A program made the position numbers and the translations under genes. Of a stretch of 64,000 nucleotides of DNA, positions 17,341 to 26,150 are shown piece after piece; positions within the stretch are counted from its first letter, which is position 1; each line of letters begins with the position of its first letter. The notes below the pieces were generated by a model. It was not told the origin of the DNA. It was given only the letters and a program-made list of their open reading frames with translations, and ran no database searches. The DNA lies in the NCBI GenBank assembly GCA_964627245.1, contig CAZVGS010000001.1:25256-89255 (forward strand). The letters are read 5' to 3'. Origin of the DNA: an uncultured Gammaproteobacteria bacterium (GTDB taxonomy: Bacteria; Patescibacteriota; Microgenomatia; Levybacterales; GWA1-39-11).

Positions 17341-18261
17341 ATGGGCGCGCAAACAAACCTTCTCTTACTTTTTGGTGTGATAATTGTTGGTTTTTTGGCT
17401 TTGGATTTGGGATACTTTAACAGAAAAGCTCATAAAATCGCTCCAAAATCAGCATTGATTCAGTCCCTCTTTTGGGTGGCAGTTTCCTTTGCTTTTGCTT
17501 TCCTGATATTTCTTTATATGGGACAAAAGCTTGCTGTTGAGTTCATGAGTGCTTACGTGACCGAAAAGATGCTTTCAGTCGACAATTTATTTGTCATAAT
17601 GCTTATTTTCAATTTCTTCAAGATCGAGGAAAAATTCCATCATAAAGTACTTTTCTGGGGAATTATGGGAGCGATTGTTTTTAGAGCTGTTTTTATTCTG
17701 CTGGGCGCTTACATAATTCACAATTTCCATTGGGTTTTGTACATTTTTGGAGCTATCTTAATCTATACTGGGATAAAACTCTTTACAGATAAAAAAGAAG
17801 AGCATGTGGATTTTAACAATAACCGCGCAGTAAGGCTTACAAGAAAGTTTTTTCCGCTAACAAGCGATTACCATAATGGAAAATTTATAAGCAAAAAGAA
17901 TGGCAAAATACTCTTCACTGAACTGGTTTTGATAATTGTTTTGGTTGAAGCAACTGATATTGTTTTTGCAATCGACTCGATACCGGCAGCATTTGCGATA
18001 AGTCAAAACCCTTTTGTCGTATTTACGTCAAACATTTTTGCAATTATGGGTCTTAGGGCTCTTTTCTTCTTGCTGCAAAATGTTATGGGGAAGTTTCACC
18101 ACCTTCAAAAGGGCTTATCTTTTATACTCGTTTTTATTGGAGCAAAAATGTTACTTGGCCTATTTCACCTGCACTTAGATTCTCTATTGTCATTTGGTGT
18201 GATAATGGCTGCTTTAGGCGCCTCTCTTCTGTTGTCTATCGTGTTTCCGAAGGAGGTATAA
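17341..18261 (+). CDS. TerC family integral membrane protein
   Basis: EKMLSVDNLFV matches the TerC signature. Multi-TM. An extended -10 (TGATATAAT) sits 14 nt upstream. Confidence 0.8.
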   Translation: MGAQTNLLLLFGVIIVGFLALDLGYFNRKAHKIAPKSALIQSLFWVAVSFAFAFLIFLYMGQKLAVEFMSAYVTEKMLSVDNLFVIMLIFNFFKIEEKFHHKVLFWGIMGAIVFRAVFILLGAYIIHNFHWVLYIFGAILIYTGIKLFTDKKEEHVDFNNNRAVRLTRKFFPLTSDYHNGKFISKKNGKILFTELVLIIVLVEATDIVFAIDSIPAAFAISQNPFVVFTSNIFAIMGLRALFFLLQNVMGKFHHLQKGLSFILVFIGAKMLLGLFHLHLDSLLSFGVIMAALGASLLLSIVFPKEV

Positions 18262-18364
18262 TTATAAATAAAGTCAATAAACAGCAGAACAATTTGATAC
18301 TTCACTAAAAAAACTCCTTTTCTTGAAGCTGGCATTAATTTTGAGTATAATTGAGTGTTAATAT

Positions 18365-18435
18365 TGGGATGTCGTCTAATGGTAGGACAACAGCCTTTGG
18401 AGCTGTTTATTTTGGTTCGAGTCCAAGCGTCCCAG
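18365..18435 (+). tRNA. tRNA-Gln (anticodon TTG)
   Basis: TGGGATGTCGTCTAATGGTAGGACAACAGCCTTTGGAGCTGTTTATTTTGGTTCGAGTCCAAGCGTCCCAG. U1:A72 and G73 are typical of tRNA-Gln. Confidence 0.8.
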
Positions 18436-18518
18436 CACAAGTTAACGCTAAATGGTTTCAAGCTCAAATTTGACTTAAGCATTTAGTATGCTAGTATTTA
18501 GATAAGTCTTGCCTCATT

Positions 18519-19685
18519 ATGAAAAAGACTCTTTTTGTACTAAGCACTTTCCTTCTCAGTTTTTTCTTGTTCTCCTCTCAAGCATTTTCCCAAGAAACTA
18601 CAAAAACAACCACTTTGCCAGAGAATGAAACCATCAATAGAGACTACTTCGCCGGCAATGAACGCGTAATAATTTCAGGAATTGTTAACGGCGATATATA
18701 TTCCGCAGGTGCAGAGGTAACTTTTGACGGAACAACATCCTCAGATCTTATAACTATGGGAGGGAATATTACAATTTCCGGACAAATTGACGGGGATGTC
18801 AGGCTTGCCGGGGGTAATGTTACCTTCTCAGGAGCTGAAATTGCAGGAAACGTAACAGTTGCAGGAGGAGACGTTCTTATAGACCAAGCTACTAATATAG
18901 GAGGCTCGATAGTGGCTCTTGGAGGCAACTTACAGTTTATGGGGCCGATAGGCAAAAATCTTGTTGTTGCAGGGGGAAATGTAACGGTTGGAAATAGTAT
19001 TAATGGTGACATCTGGTCGCCTGGGGTCGGAAGTCTGAGACTTATGAATGGAGCTAGTGTAAATGGACAGCTGACCTATACATCAAGCGAAGAAGCGCTT
19101 ATTTCAGACGGGGCCACAGTCTCCGGGGTAACTGAAAGAAGAGAACCTCCCGTTGATAAGCAGGATGCTAATGAAGCTGCCGGAAAAGGTATGGCAGGAC
19201 TTGCAGGACTATTTCTCTTCATTCTTCTTGGAGACCTTTTAATGTCAATATTATTAGGGCTTGCCCTGGTCTTTTTTATGCCGAATTTTGTAATAAGAGC
19301 GGCTGGCAAAGCCATAACAAGTGTCGGTAATTCTTTTTTAATCGGCCTGGTCGTTGCAATTGTTGCACCAATTGCCCTTCTGCTTTTTATGCTGACCTTA
19401 GTAGGTATTCCTTTGGCTTTGGCATTATTTGTCATATTCTTCCTGGTTCTTTGGTTTGCCAAAGTTCTAGGTTCTATCGCTTTAGGCAGGAGAATACTTA
19501 CTGTAAAAAAGACTGAAAGCTCCTACAAAGCCGTATTTTTGGGGGTTGTTTTATACTTTGTCCTGGGAATAATTCCTGTCATTGGAAGCCTGCTTCAAGG
19601 ATTTATAGCCTTAACCGGTCTTGGCTCCTTGGCTATCAGCAAAAAAGAATATTACAATGAGTTAAGAACTAAAAAAATTCTTTAA
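18519..19685 (+). CDS. Signal-peptide protein with bactofilin-like beta-helical repeats and a C-terminal multi-TM region
   Basis: N-terminal signal peptide. The repeated pattern G(D/N)VxhxGxhxGNVTVAGG is typical of polymer-forming (bactofilin/CcmA-like) domains. Six hydrophobic segments in the C-terminal third. Confidence 0.55.
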   Translation: MKKTLFVLSTFLLSFFLFSSQAFSQETTKTTTLPENETINRDYFAGNERVIISGIVNGDIYSAGAEVTFDGTTSSDLITMGGNITISGQIDGDVRLAGGNVTFSGAEIAGNVTVAGGDVLIDQATNIGGSIVALGGNLQFMGPIGKNLVVAGGNVTVGNSINGDIWSPGVGSLRLMNGASVNGQLTYTSSEEALISDGATVSGVTERREPPVDKQDANEAAGKGMAGLAGLFLFILLGDLLMSILLGLALVFFMPNFVIRAAGKAITSVGNSFLIGLVVAIVAPIALLLFMLTLVGIPLALALFVIFFLVLWFAKVLGSIALGRRILTVKKTESSYKAVFLGVVLYFVLGIIPVIGSLLQGFIALTGLGSLAISKKEYYNELRTKKIL

Positions 19686-19783
19686 TTACGCATAGCCTCA
19701 GGCCCTCTTCGCTGTGATTGATAAATTTATAGATAGACAAGTTATAAATAGTAGCAATAAAGTAACTTTGTTATAATTTCCTA

Positions 19784-20872
19784 GTGAAAAAATTTATTTT
19801 GCTATTCTTGGTAGTTCTTTTTCTGATAACACCGGTATCATCTTTTGCGCAAAGCAGCCCGGAATACATAGAAGCTAAAGTTATAGGAATTTCTGAGGAA
19901 AGTACAATTATAGAAAGCGACGGGTTTAAGCATCCTTACCAAAAACTCCAGTTTCTAGGGCAATCAGGATCCATGAAAGACAAAACATTCACGCTTGAAA
20001 ATGGATACTACAATCAAAGCACAATAGTAAGGTACAAAGTTGGAGATAAATTGGTCTTAACAAAAACTAAAGACCCATCAGGCAACAATCAGATACTAAT
20101 AGCTGACTACGTAAGAACTACTCCTCTTTTGCTTTTAGCAGTAATTTTTGTTCTGGTAACGGTTGTTATAGGGGGAAAAAGGGGGACTTTTTCTCTTGTT
20201 GGCATGGTACTCACCTTTGGTGCAATTTTCGTCTTCGTTCTGCCTCAAATTTCAGCAGGCCAAAATCCGATAGTAATAACAAGCGTTGCCGCGCTCGTTG
20301 TAATCCCCGTAACTTTTTTACTCGCTCACGGCTTTAACATAAAAACCTTTTGTGCAATTGGAAGTACATTTATTGTTCTTATATTTACGGGCTTTCTTTC
20401 CCAAATATTTATGAATTACACGCATCTCACAGGCTACGTAAGTGAAGAAGCGGCCTTTCTAAATACCATAAAGCAAGGCAGTCTTGATGCCCGCGGACTG
20501 CTTTTTGCAGGAATAATTGTGGCTCTTCTTGGGATACTTGAAGACATAACAATTTCCCAGTCAGCAATAGTCGTGCAGCTCGAAAAAGCCAATAAAAAGC
20601 TTTCCATAACCGATCTTTTTAGAAGAGCAATGGATATTGGAAAAGATCATATAGCTTCAATGGCAAACACATTAATTCTTGTTTATGCCGGCGCCTCACT
20701 CCCCCTACTATTGCTCTTTGTTAACAGCAGTGTGCCGATTGCGCAAGTTTTTAACTCGGAAATAGTTGCTGAAGAAATAGTAAGAACCCTAACTGCAAGT
20801 ATCGGACTTATTGTAGCAGTTCCAATAGCAACCCTTCTTACAGTACTGGTCGTCAAAAGAAAGTCTTTTTAA
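19784..20872 (+). CDS. YibE/F-like family membrane protein
   Basis: Signal peptide, a soluble N-domain, then polytopic TM segments containing GILEDITISQSA. Confidence 0.6.
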   Translation: MKKFILLFLVVLFLITPVSSFAQSSPEYIEAKVIGISEESTIIESDGFKHPYQKLQFLGQSGSMKDKTFTLENGYYNQSTIVRYKVGDKLVLTKTKDPSGNNQILIADYVRTTPLLLLAVIFVLVTVVIGGKRGTFSLVGMVLTFGAIFVFVLPQISAGQNPIVITSVAALVVIPVTFLLAHGFNIKTFCAIGSTFIVLIFTGFLSQIFMNYTHLTGYVSEEAAFLNTIKQGSLDARGLLFAGIIVALLGILEDITISQSAIVVQLEKANKKLSITDLFRRAMDIGKDHIASMANTLILVYAGASLPLLLLFVNSSVPIAQVFNSEIVAEEIVRTLTASIGLIVAVPIATLLTVLVVKRKSF

Positions 20873-21177
20873 GAATTGTTTATATTTATAACTGAGCCTA
20901 GGCTAATTTTGTGCTTTTCAATTTCCCCATTTTTAAGCTCCAAAACCCTAAAAAACCACGGATTCCACAAAAAAACTCTATTGGGCTTTAAGCCATTCGC
21001 TAATTTAACAACCAAATTTTTATCGTCCAGAATAACTACATCAATGGGAAACTTCAAAAAAAAAGTATGAATTCCCCATCTTGTCTCAAAATAAATATTT
21101 TCGGCTTTTTCTTTTCCCAAAAGACCCTTTGATTTTTGATCAAAGTTTTTAAGAAATTTTGCATTTACTTTTATCAC
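20869..21177 (-). CDS. DUF192 (COG1430) family protein
   Basis: GLLG...ETRWGIHTFFLKFPIDVV matches the DUF192 core. Confidence 0.65.
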   Translation of the reverse strand: MIKVNAKFLKNFDQKSKGLLGKEKAENIYFETRWGIHTFFLKFPIDVVILDDKNLVVKLANGLKPNRVFLWNPWFFRVLELKNGEIEKHKISLGSVININNS

Positions 21178-21218
21178 AAAATGAGTTTATCATAATAAAT
21201 ACTGTTATAATATAGGAT

Positions 21219-22178
21219 ATGAAATTAGTTGATGATGTAGTAATTACGGTTGAAGCCGGTAACGGGGGAAATGGCGCCACAATTACCAAGCAGATGTACG
21301 CCAGTAAAAAAACCACTCCTGACGGCGGAAATGGAGGTAATGGCGGAAATGTGTATTTTAAGGCAGACAAAAATATCTCGGATCTTTCCCAGTTTCAGTA
21401 CAAAAAAAAGATAAAAGGAATTGATGGAACAATGGGCAAAAGAAAAGATTTGGACGGAAAGAACGGCGAGGATCTTACTGTTCTGGTGCCATTCGGCACA
21501 ACAATCAAAAACGAAACGACCAAGGAATATGTAGAGCTATTGACTGATTTACCGTTTTGCGTTGCGTACGGTGGACATGGGGGCATGGGCAATCATGACT
21601 ATGCTCCTGATATTAAGAATTTCGGGCCTAGGATTGCCGAAGGGTCAAAAGGAGACTCATTCACACTGCATTTAACCTTAAGTCTTATTGCTGATATTGG
21701 GCTTGTTGGGCTTCCGAATGCCGGAAAAAGCTCTATACTGGAAGCTCTAACAAACGCCACTCCTAAAATAGCCGACTACCCTTTCACTACTCTTTCACCA
21801 AATTTAGGCGTTTGTAAAGATAAAGTAATTGCCGATATCCCCGGACTTATTGAGGGAGCTTCAAAAGGCAAAGGACTTGGAATTTCATTTTTGAAGCACA
21901 TCGGAAAGACAAAGGTTCTATTCCACTGCATAGATTCAACCGAAGAGGATGTCTCAAGGGTTTACAAGCTTGTAAGAGACGAATTTTCAGAGTTTGATAA
22001 AAAACTGCTTGATAAAGAGGAAATTATACTTTTAACAAAGGTCGATCTTGTTGAGAACAAAACTATTCAAAAGAAGACAAAAGAGTTACAGAAATACAAA
22101 AGAAAAATTGTTCCTGTTTCAATTTACGACCAAAAAAGCCTCGACACATTAATGGAAATTGTCTTAAGTTTTACTTAA
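21219..22178 (+). CDS. obg: GTPase Obg/CgtA
   Basis: Gly-rich N-terminal Obg fold (GGNGGNGG). G-domain motifs GLPNAGKSS and DIPGLIEGA. Confidence 0.9.
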   Translation: MKLVDDVVITVEAGNGGNGATITKQMYASKKTTPDGGNGGNGGNVYFKADKNISDLSQFQYKKKIKGIDGTMGKRKDLDGKNGEDLTVLVPFGTTIKNETTKEYVELLTDLPFCVAYGGHGGMGNHDYAPDIKNFGPRIAEGSKGDSFTLHLTLSLIADIGLVGLPNAGKSSILEALTNATPKIADYPFTTLSPNLGVCKDKVIADIPGLIEGASKGKGLGISFLKHIGKTKVLFHCIDSTEEDVSRVYKLVRDEFSEFDKKLLDKEEIILLTKVDLVENKTIQKKTKELQKYKRKIVPVSIYDQKSLDTLMEIVLSFT

Positions 22179-22202
22179 GAGAAATTCTGTTAGAATATCT
22201 TC

Positions 22203-22871
22203 ATGAGAATTCTGATCGTTGAAGATGAAGAAAAAATAGCAAACTCCCTAAAGTTAGGTCTGACACAAGAATCCTACGCAGTTGATGTTAAAAATGACGG
22301 GCAAGAGGGCTACGAGATGGCCTCTTATGAACCTTACGACCTTATTATCCTGGATCTGATGCTTCCGTCTATGGACGGTTTTGAGATCTGCAGGAAGCTG
22401 CGGGAAGAAAAGAACGTTACTCCCATTCTTATGCTGACAGCCCGGGGAGAAATTGAAGATAAAGTGAAAGGTCTTGATATCGGGGCAGATGATTACCTTC
22501 AAAAACCGTTCGCATTTAATGAGCTTTTAGCACGCATAAGAGCGCTTGCAAGAAGACCCAGAAAAACAACCGGATTAACGCTTGCAGTTGAAGACTTGAC
22601 TCTAGACACGGTTACGTCAGAGGTAAAAAGAGGAGGCAAGGCAATTCCATTATCAGGCAAAGAGTTTGCTCTTTTGGAGTATCTCATGCGCCACAAGGGG
22701 ACAATTGTCAAAAAAGATCAAATAATAAGTCATGTTTGGGATTACGACTCTGATGTTATGCCCAATTCTGTTGAAGTTTATATAACCCATCTGAGAGGAA
22801 AGGTCGATAGACCTTTTAAGGGCAAAAAATTAATAACAACAATAAGAGGCTTCGGATACAAAATAGGCTAA
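22203..22871 (+). CDS. OmpR-family response regulator
   Basis: Receiver domain (MRILIVEDEE...DLIILDLMLP) followed by a winged-helix trans_reg_C domain. Confidence 0.9.
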   Translation: MRILIVEDEEKIANSLKLGLTQESYAVDVKNDGQEGYEMASYEPYDLIILDLMLPSMDGFEICRKLREEKNVTPILMLTARGEIEDKVKGLDIGADDYLQKPFAFNELLARIRALARRPRKTTGLTLAVEDLTLDTVTSEVKRGGKAIPLSGKEFALLEYLMRHKGTIVKKDQIISHVWDYDSDVMPNSVEVYITHLRGKVDRPFKGKKLITTIRGFGYKIG

Positions 22872-22872
22872 A

Positions 22873-23883
22873 ATGTTCAGATCGGCACGGCTAAAACTAA
22901 CAGGATGGTACTTACTCATGATAATGTTCGTGAGTCTTTTTTTCTCTGTTGTAATATATGCCAACGTCGACCGCGAACTCTTCAGGCTTGAGCAGATCCA
23001 GCAAATTTCCAAGCAAAGAGCTGAGGAATACTTCGGCTATGCCCCGCCCGCACGGGTTACGACAATAATTGAGGCCAACCTTATCGATGAAGCGCGCGAT
23101 AGGCTTTTGACTGACCTTGCGGTTCTTAACGTCTGCATTTTCTTTGCTGCTGCTTGGGTAGGCTTTTTCTTAGCAGGAAGAACGCTTACACCGATTAGAA
23201 AAATGATTGACACGCAGTCGCGCTTTTTAGCGGATGCTTCTCACGAGTTAAAGACCCCTCTTACCACTCTCAGAACCGAAATTGAAATATATCTGAGGGG
23301 AAAAAAGCATTCACTTCAGGACTCTGAAAAAATTATTCAAAGCAATCTTGAGGAAGTAGTAAGACTTCAGAAGTTAACGGATAATTTGATGGAGTTAACT
23401 ACATTGGAAAAAATCGGAAAAAATATTCCTTTTGAGAAAATTGACATCGTTGAGGTTATGAATGAAGCATCAGACAGCCTCAAAAAGCTGGCAGTCAAAA
23501 AAAAGATAGAAATAATTGAAAGGTATAAAAAAGCTTATATGTACGGGCACAAGAAAAGTCTAGTAGAACTTTTTACTATTCTTTTGGATAATGCTATAAA
23601 ATATAGCCATGAAAAGTCTAAAGTCACTCTTAGCTGTGGCATAAAAAAAGGCTATGTTGTAATTAAGGTTGAAGACCGGGGTATAGGAATTCTCGAGGAA
23701 GACATAGACCATATTTTTGACCGTTTTTACCGCGCAGACAAATCAAGAAATATCTCAAAAATCCCGGGCTATGGACTTGGTCTTTCTATAGCAAGGGAAA
23801 TTGTAAAGCTTCACAATGGCCGGATCTACGCAAAAAGGCTAAAGAAAGGAACTCTATTCACCGTTGAGCTCCCTAGGGCTTAA
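22873..23883 (+). CDS. Sensor histidine kinase
   Basis: N-terminal TM segment, H-box ADASHELKTPLTTL, and a HATPase region. Forms a two-component pair with the upstream regulator. Confidence 0.88.
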   Translation: MFRSARLKLTGWYLLMIMFVSLFFSVVIYANVDRELFRLEQIQQISKQRAEEYFGYAPPARVTTIIEANLIDEARDRLLTDLAVLNVCIFFAAAWVGFFLAGRTLTPIRKMIDTQSRFLADASHELKTPLTTLRTEIEIYLRGKKHSLQDSEKIIQSNLEEVVRLQKLTDNLMELTTLEKIGKNIPFEKIDIVEVMNEASDSLKKLAVKKKIEIIERYKKAYMYGHKKSLVELFTILLDNAIKYSHEKSKVTLSCGIKKGYVVIKVEDRGIGILEEDIDHIFDRFYRADKSRNISKIPGYGLGLSIAREIVKLHNGRIYAKRLKKGTLFTVELPRA

Positions 23884-24138
23884 CCTTAAATCTCTTTCAT
23901 TTGCTAGAGTAATTTTATTCGCTCTATTAAGTTTTTTTATTTTCGCTTCGCGGGTGAGTGCTTCAGAAAGACTCTGACAAGTCTCATAATAAACAAGCTT
24001 CACAGGGCGTCTTCCCGAAGTATATTTTGCGCCTCCGGAGAGTATCCCATTGTGCTCCTTTACCCTTTTTTCAAGGTCTTTTGCAATACCGCAGTATAGT
24101 GTTCCGTCACTGCATTTTAGAAGATAAACATAATACAT
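23854..24138 (-). CDS. GIY-YIG nuclease family protein (UPF0213/YhbQ-like)
   Basis: MYYVYLLKCSDGTLYCGIAKDLEKRVKEHN matches the GIY-YIG core. Confidence 0.75.
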   Translation of the reverse strand: MYYVYLLKCSDGTLYCGIAKDLEKRVKEHNGILSGGAKYTSGRRPVKLVYYETCQSLSEALTREAKIKKLNRANKITLANERDLRLSPRELNGE

Positions 24139-24230
24139 AGCTCATTATAAACTTTCTTCAAAAGCAAAGGCAGGCCTTCCAAAATGACCTATTTTGTGCT
24201 ATAATAGTATATCTTCGAAAGTAAAACACC

Positions 24231-24503
24231 ATGCAGACAAAAAATTCAAATCCATGTACCCGTTGCGGAAAAGAAAGAATTGAGGGTAAAAAATATAAAG
24301 AAGAAATAGCAACTTTTTTCGGCACATCAACCATTGTTCATGTTGATACTATTTGTCCTGATAAGGAGTGTCAGGAAATTGTTGAGTCGAAGCTTGAAGC
24401 GCTAAAGCAAAAATCAGATGAAATGAAGCTTGAAAAGCAAAAAAAGCTTGATGTTGCCGCCGCCGCAAGAAAAGAAAAAGCTCTCCAAAAACTCAAAAAC
24501 TAA
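24231..24503 (+). CDS. Small zinc-ribbon-like hypothetical protein
   Basis: 90 aa with CxxC at 9/12 and CPDKEC at 42/47. An extended -10 TGcTATAAT lies upstream. Confidence 0.45.
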   Translation: MQTKNSNPCTRCGKERIEGKKYKEEIATFFGTSTIVHVDTICPDKECQEIVESKLEALKQKSDEMKLEKQKKLDVAAAARKEKALQKLKN

Positions 24504-24631
24504 TTTTTTTAGAAATCAATTTCTCTATAAATAAATAATTGTTGTGGTTTGTTATTGCGTGAAAAAATTATAAATTTTGCGTGAAATATTTTTTAATAGA
24601 CTTTGATAACAAATGTTACAGAAGATGTATA

Positions 24632-24660
24632 TTGTGTGAAATATTTTCACGTCATATAAC
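24632..24660 (+). promoter_or_regulatory. Putative promoter (TTGTGT-17-TATAAC) of the TasA-like gene with a palindromic operator in the spacer
   Basis: The 15-bp perfect palindrome GTGAAATATTTTCAC (24636-24650) lies between the -35 and -10. Upstream direct repeats TTGCGTGAAA sit at 24555 and 24577. Confidence 0.45.
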
Positions 24661-24720
24661 TTTGATGATAGTTCTTTACAACAACTTGCCCACTGTAAAG
24701 ATAGATAAATTTTCTGCCCT

Positions 24721-26085
24721 ATGTCAAGATTTTTTACTGCCAGGATTTTATTGTCTTTTGCAATTCTTACGGGTGCAATTGCTGTAGTAGTTGCTGCAAC
24801 ATTCGCATTCTTGTCGGATACCGAAACCTCCACAGCTAACTTTTTAGAAGCCGGAGATATAGATCTTAAGATAGATAACACAAGTTACTACAATGGCGCT
24901 CAAAGTCCGACAACAACTTGGGATCTTGATGACCTGGACACACACTTATTCTTTAATTTTCAAGATCTTAAACCCGGAGACTGGGGAGAGGATACGATTT
25001 CAATCCATGTAAATACAAATGATGCATGGGCTTGTTTCAACTCGACATTAACCTCTGATGATGACGTCAGCTCAAATGAACCCGAACTGCTTGTTGATGT
25101 ACCTGAAGATAATAATGATGATTTTGACGGTGAACTGGGCAGCAATATCGACTTTCTGCTTTGGGTAGATGATGGCGACAATGTACTTGAACAAGGAGAA
25201 AGCGATAACAATATAATAGCTTTTGGAAAAGCAAATTCTGTTCTACAGAACATGTCAGAAAGCCTCGCAGATTCAGTTTCGGGACTAGTAGTAGATGACG
25301 GACAGCCTTTAAGCGGGGGCCAAACCTATTACATCGCGAAGGCATGGTGCTTTGGAAATATGACTCTTGCTCCACTCCCTGAAGGACAAGGGGTAAATCC
25401 AACTGTTGACGGTGGAATTTTGTGCGATGGCTCAGGTTTTGATAACTCCACTCAAACAGATAAGCTTACTGCAGATATTTCTTTTACAACAGTGCAATTC
25501 AGAAATAACCCTGACTTTGTCTGCTTTGAAGAGCCTCAATTTGCCTGCGGAGAAGAATCGGATCCAATATACGCTGTAGCATTTTCAGAAAACAATCAGG
25601 GTCTAAGAAAAAATGGCACTGCAATTTTGCCTGATAGAACTGATCCGAATGTCGCTTTGGGTGTTCCGCAAAGCGCAGGAATTGCAAATGACGCCCCTGT
25701 AGTTGCAGGTTCATTTTTCAGTCTTGGTTTTCCGCACGCAAATAACCTCAATACTCCCGGAAGCATAGTTTTTGATATGGGTGAGACTTTTTATCCTAAC
25801 AATGGCGGAGACGACATCATGGTGTATGAGGTAACTGGCGGAACTTACCCCGTTGAAACAGTTAAAGTTGAAGCAAAGCTAGAAACCGGTGACTCCTGGA
25901 CTAATCTTGGCACTATTAACCGAGACGGGGGCGTTGAAATGTCACCGCTTACGTCAGCCCGCTACATAAGACTTACCGAAGCAAGCAATATAGCACCATT
26001 TGAAGCAACGGCCGACGGATATGATCTGGATGCAGTTAAAGCATTATGCACACCCGAAAACCAAATCGACCCGGGAGGGCAATAA
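24721..26085 (+). CDS. TasA/camelysin-like secreted protein with a SipW-cognate signal peptide (paralog 1)
   Basis: N-terminus ...AATFAFLSDTETSTANFLEAGDIDLKID and the DLKPGD motif parallel Bacillus TasA/CalY (established family). The protein is acidic and D-rich. Confidence 0.75.
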   Translation: MSRFFTARILLSFAILTGAIAVVVAATFAFLSDTETSTANFLEAGDIDLKIDNTSYYNGAQSPTTTWDLDDLDTHLFFNFQDLKPGDWGEDTISIHVNTNDAWACFNSTLTSDDDVSSNEPELLVDVPEDNNDDFDGELGSNIDFLLWVDDGDNVLEQGESDNNIIAFGKANSVLQNMSESLADSVSGLVVDDGQPLSGGQTYYIAKAWCFGNMTLAPLPEGQGVNPTVDGGILCDGSGFDNSTQTDKLTADISFTTVQFRNNPDFVCFEEPQFACGEESDPIYAVAFSENNQGLRKNGTAILPDRTDPNVALGVPQSAGIANDAPVVAGSFFSLGFPHANNLNTPGSIVFDMGETFYPNNGGDDIMVYEVTGGTYPVETVKVEAKLETGDSWTNLGTINRDGGVEMSPLTSARYIRLTEASNIAPFEATADGYDLDAVKALCTPENQIDPGGQ

Positions 26086-26150
26086 ATTTGAAAATTAACC
26101 ATGAGAAACACGAAAAACTCTTAATGAGTTGGCAGGAAAGGAGGTGAAAT

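Noticed and set aside
18165-18482. 105-aa minus-strand ORF
   Set aside because: It overlaps the TerC 3' end and the tRNA-Gln gene, and has no SD or motif. Spurious.
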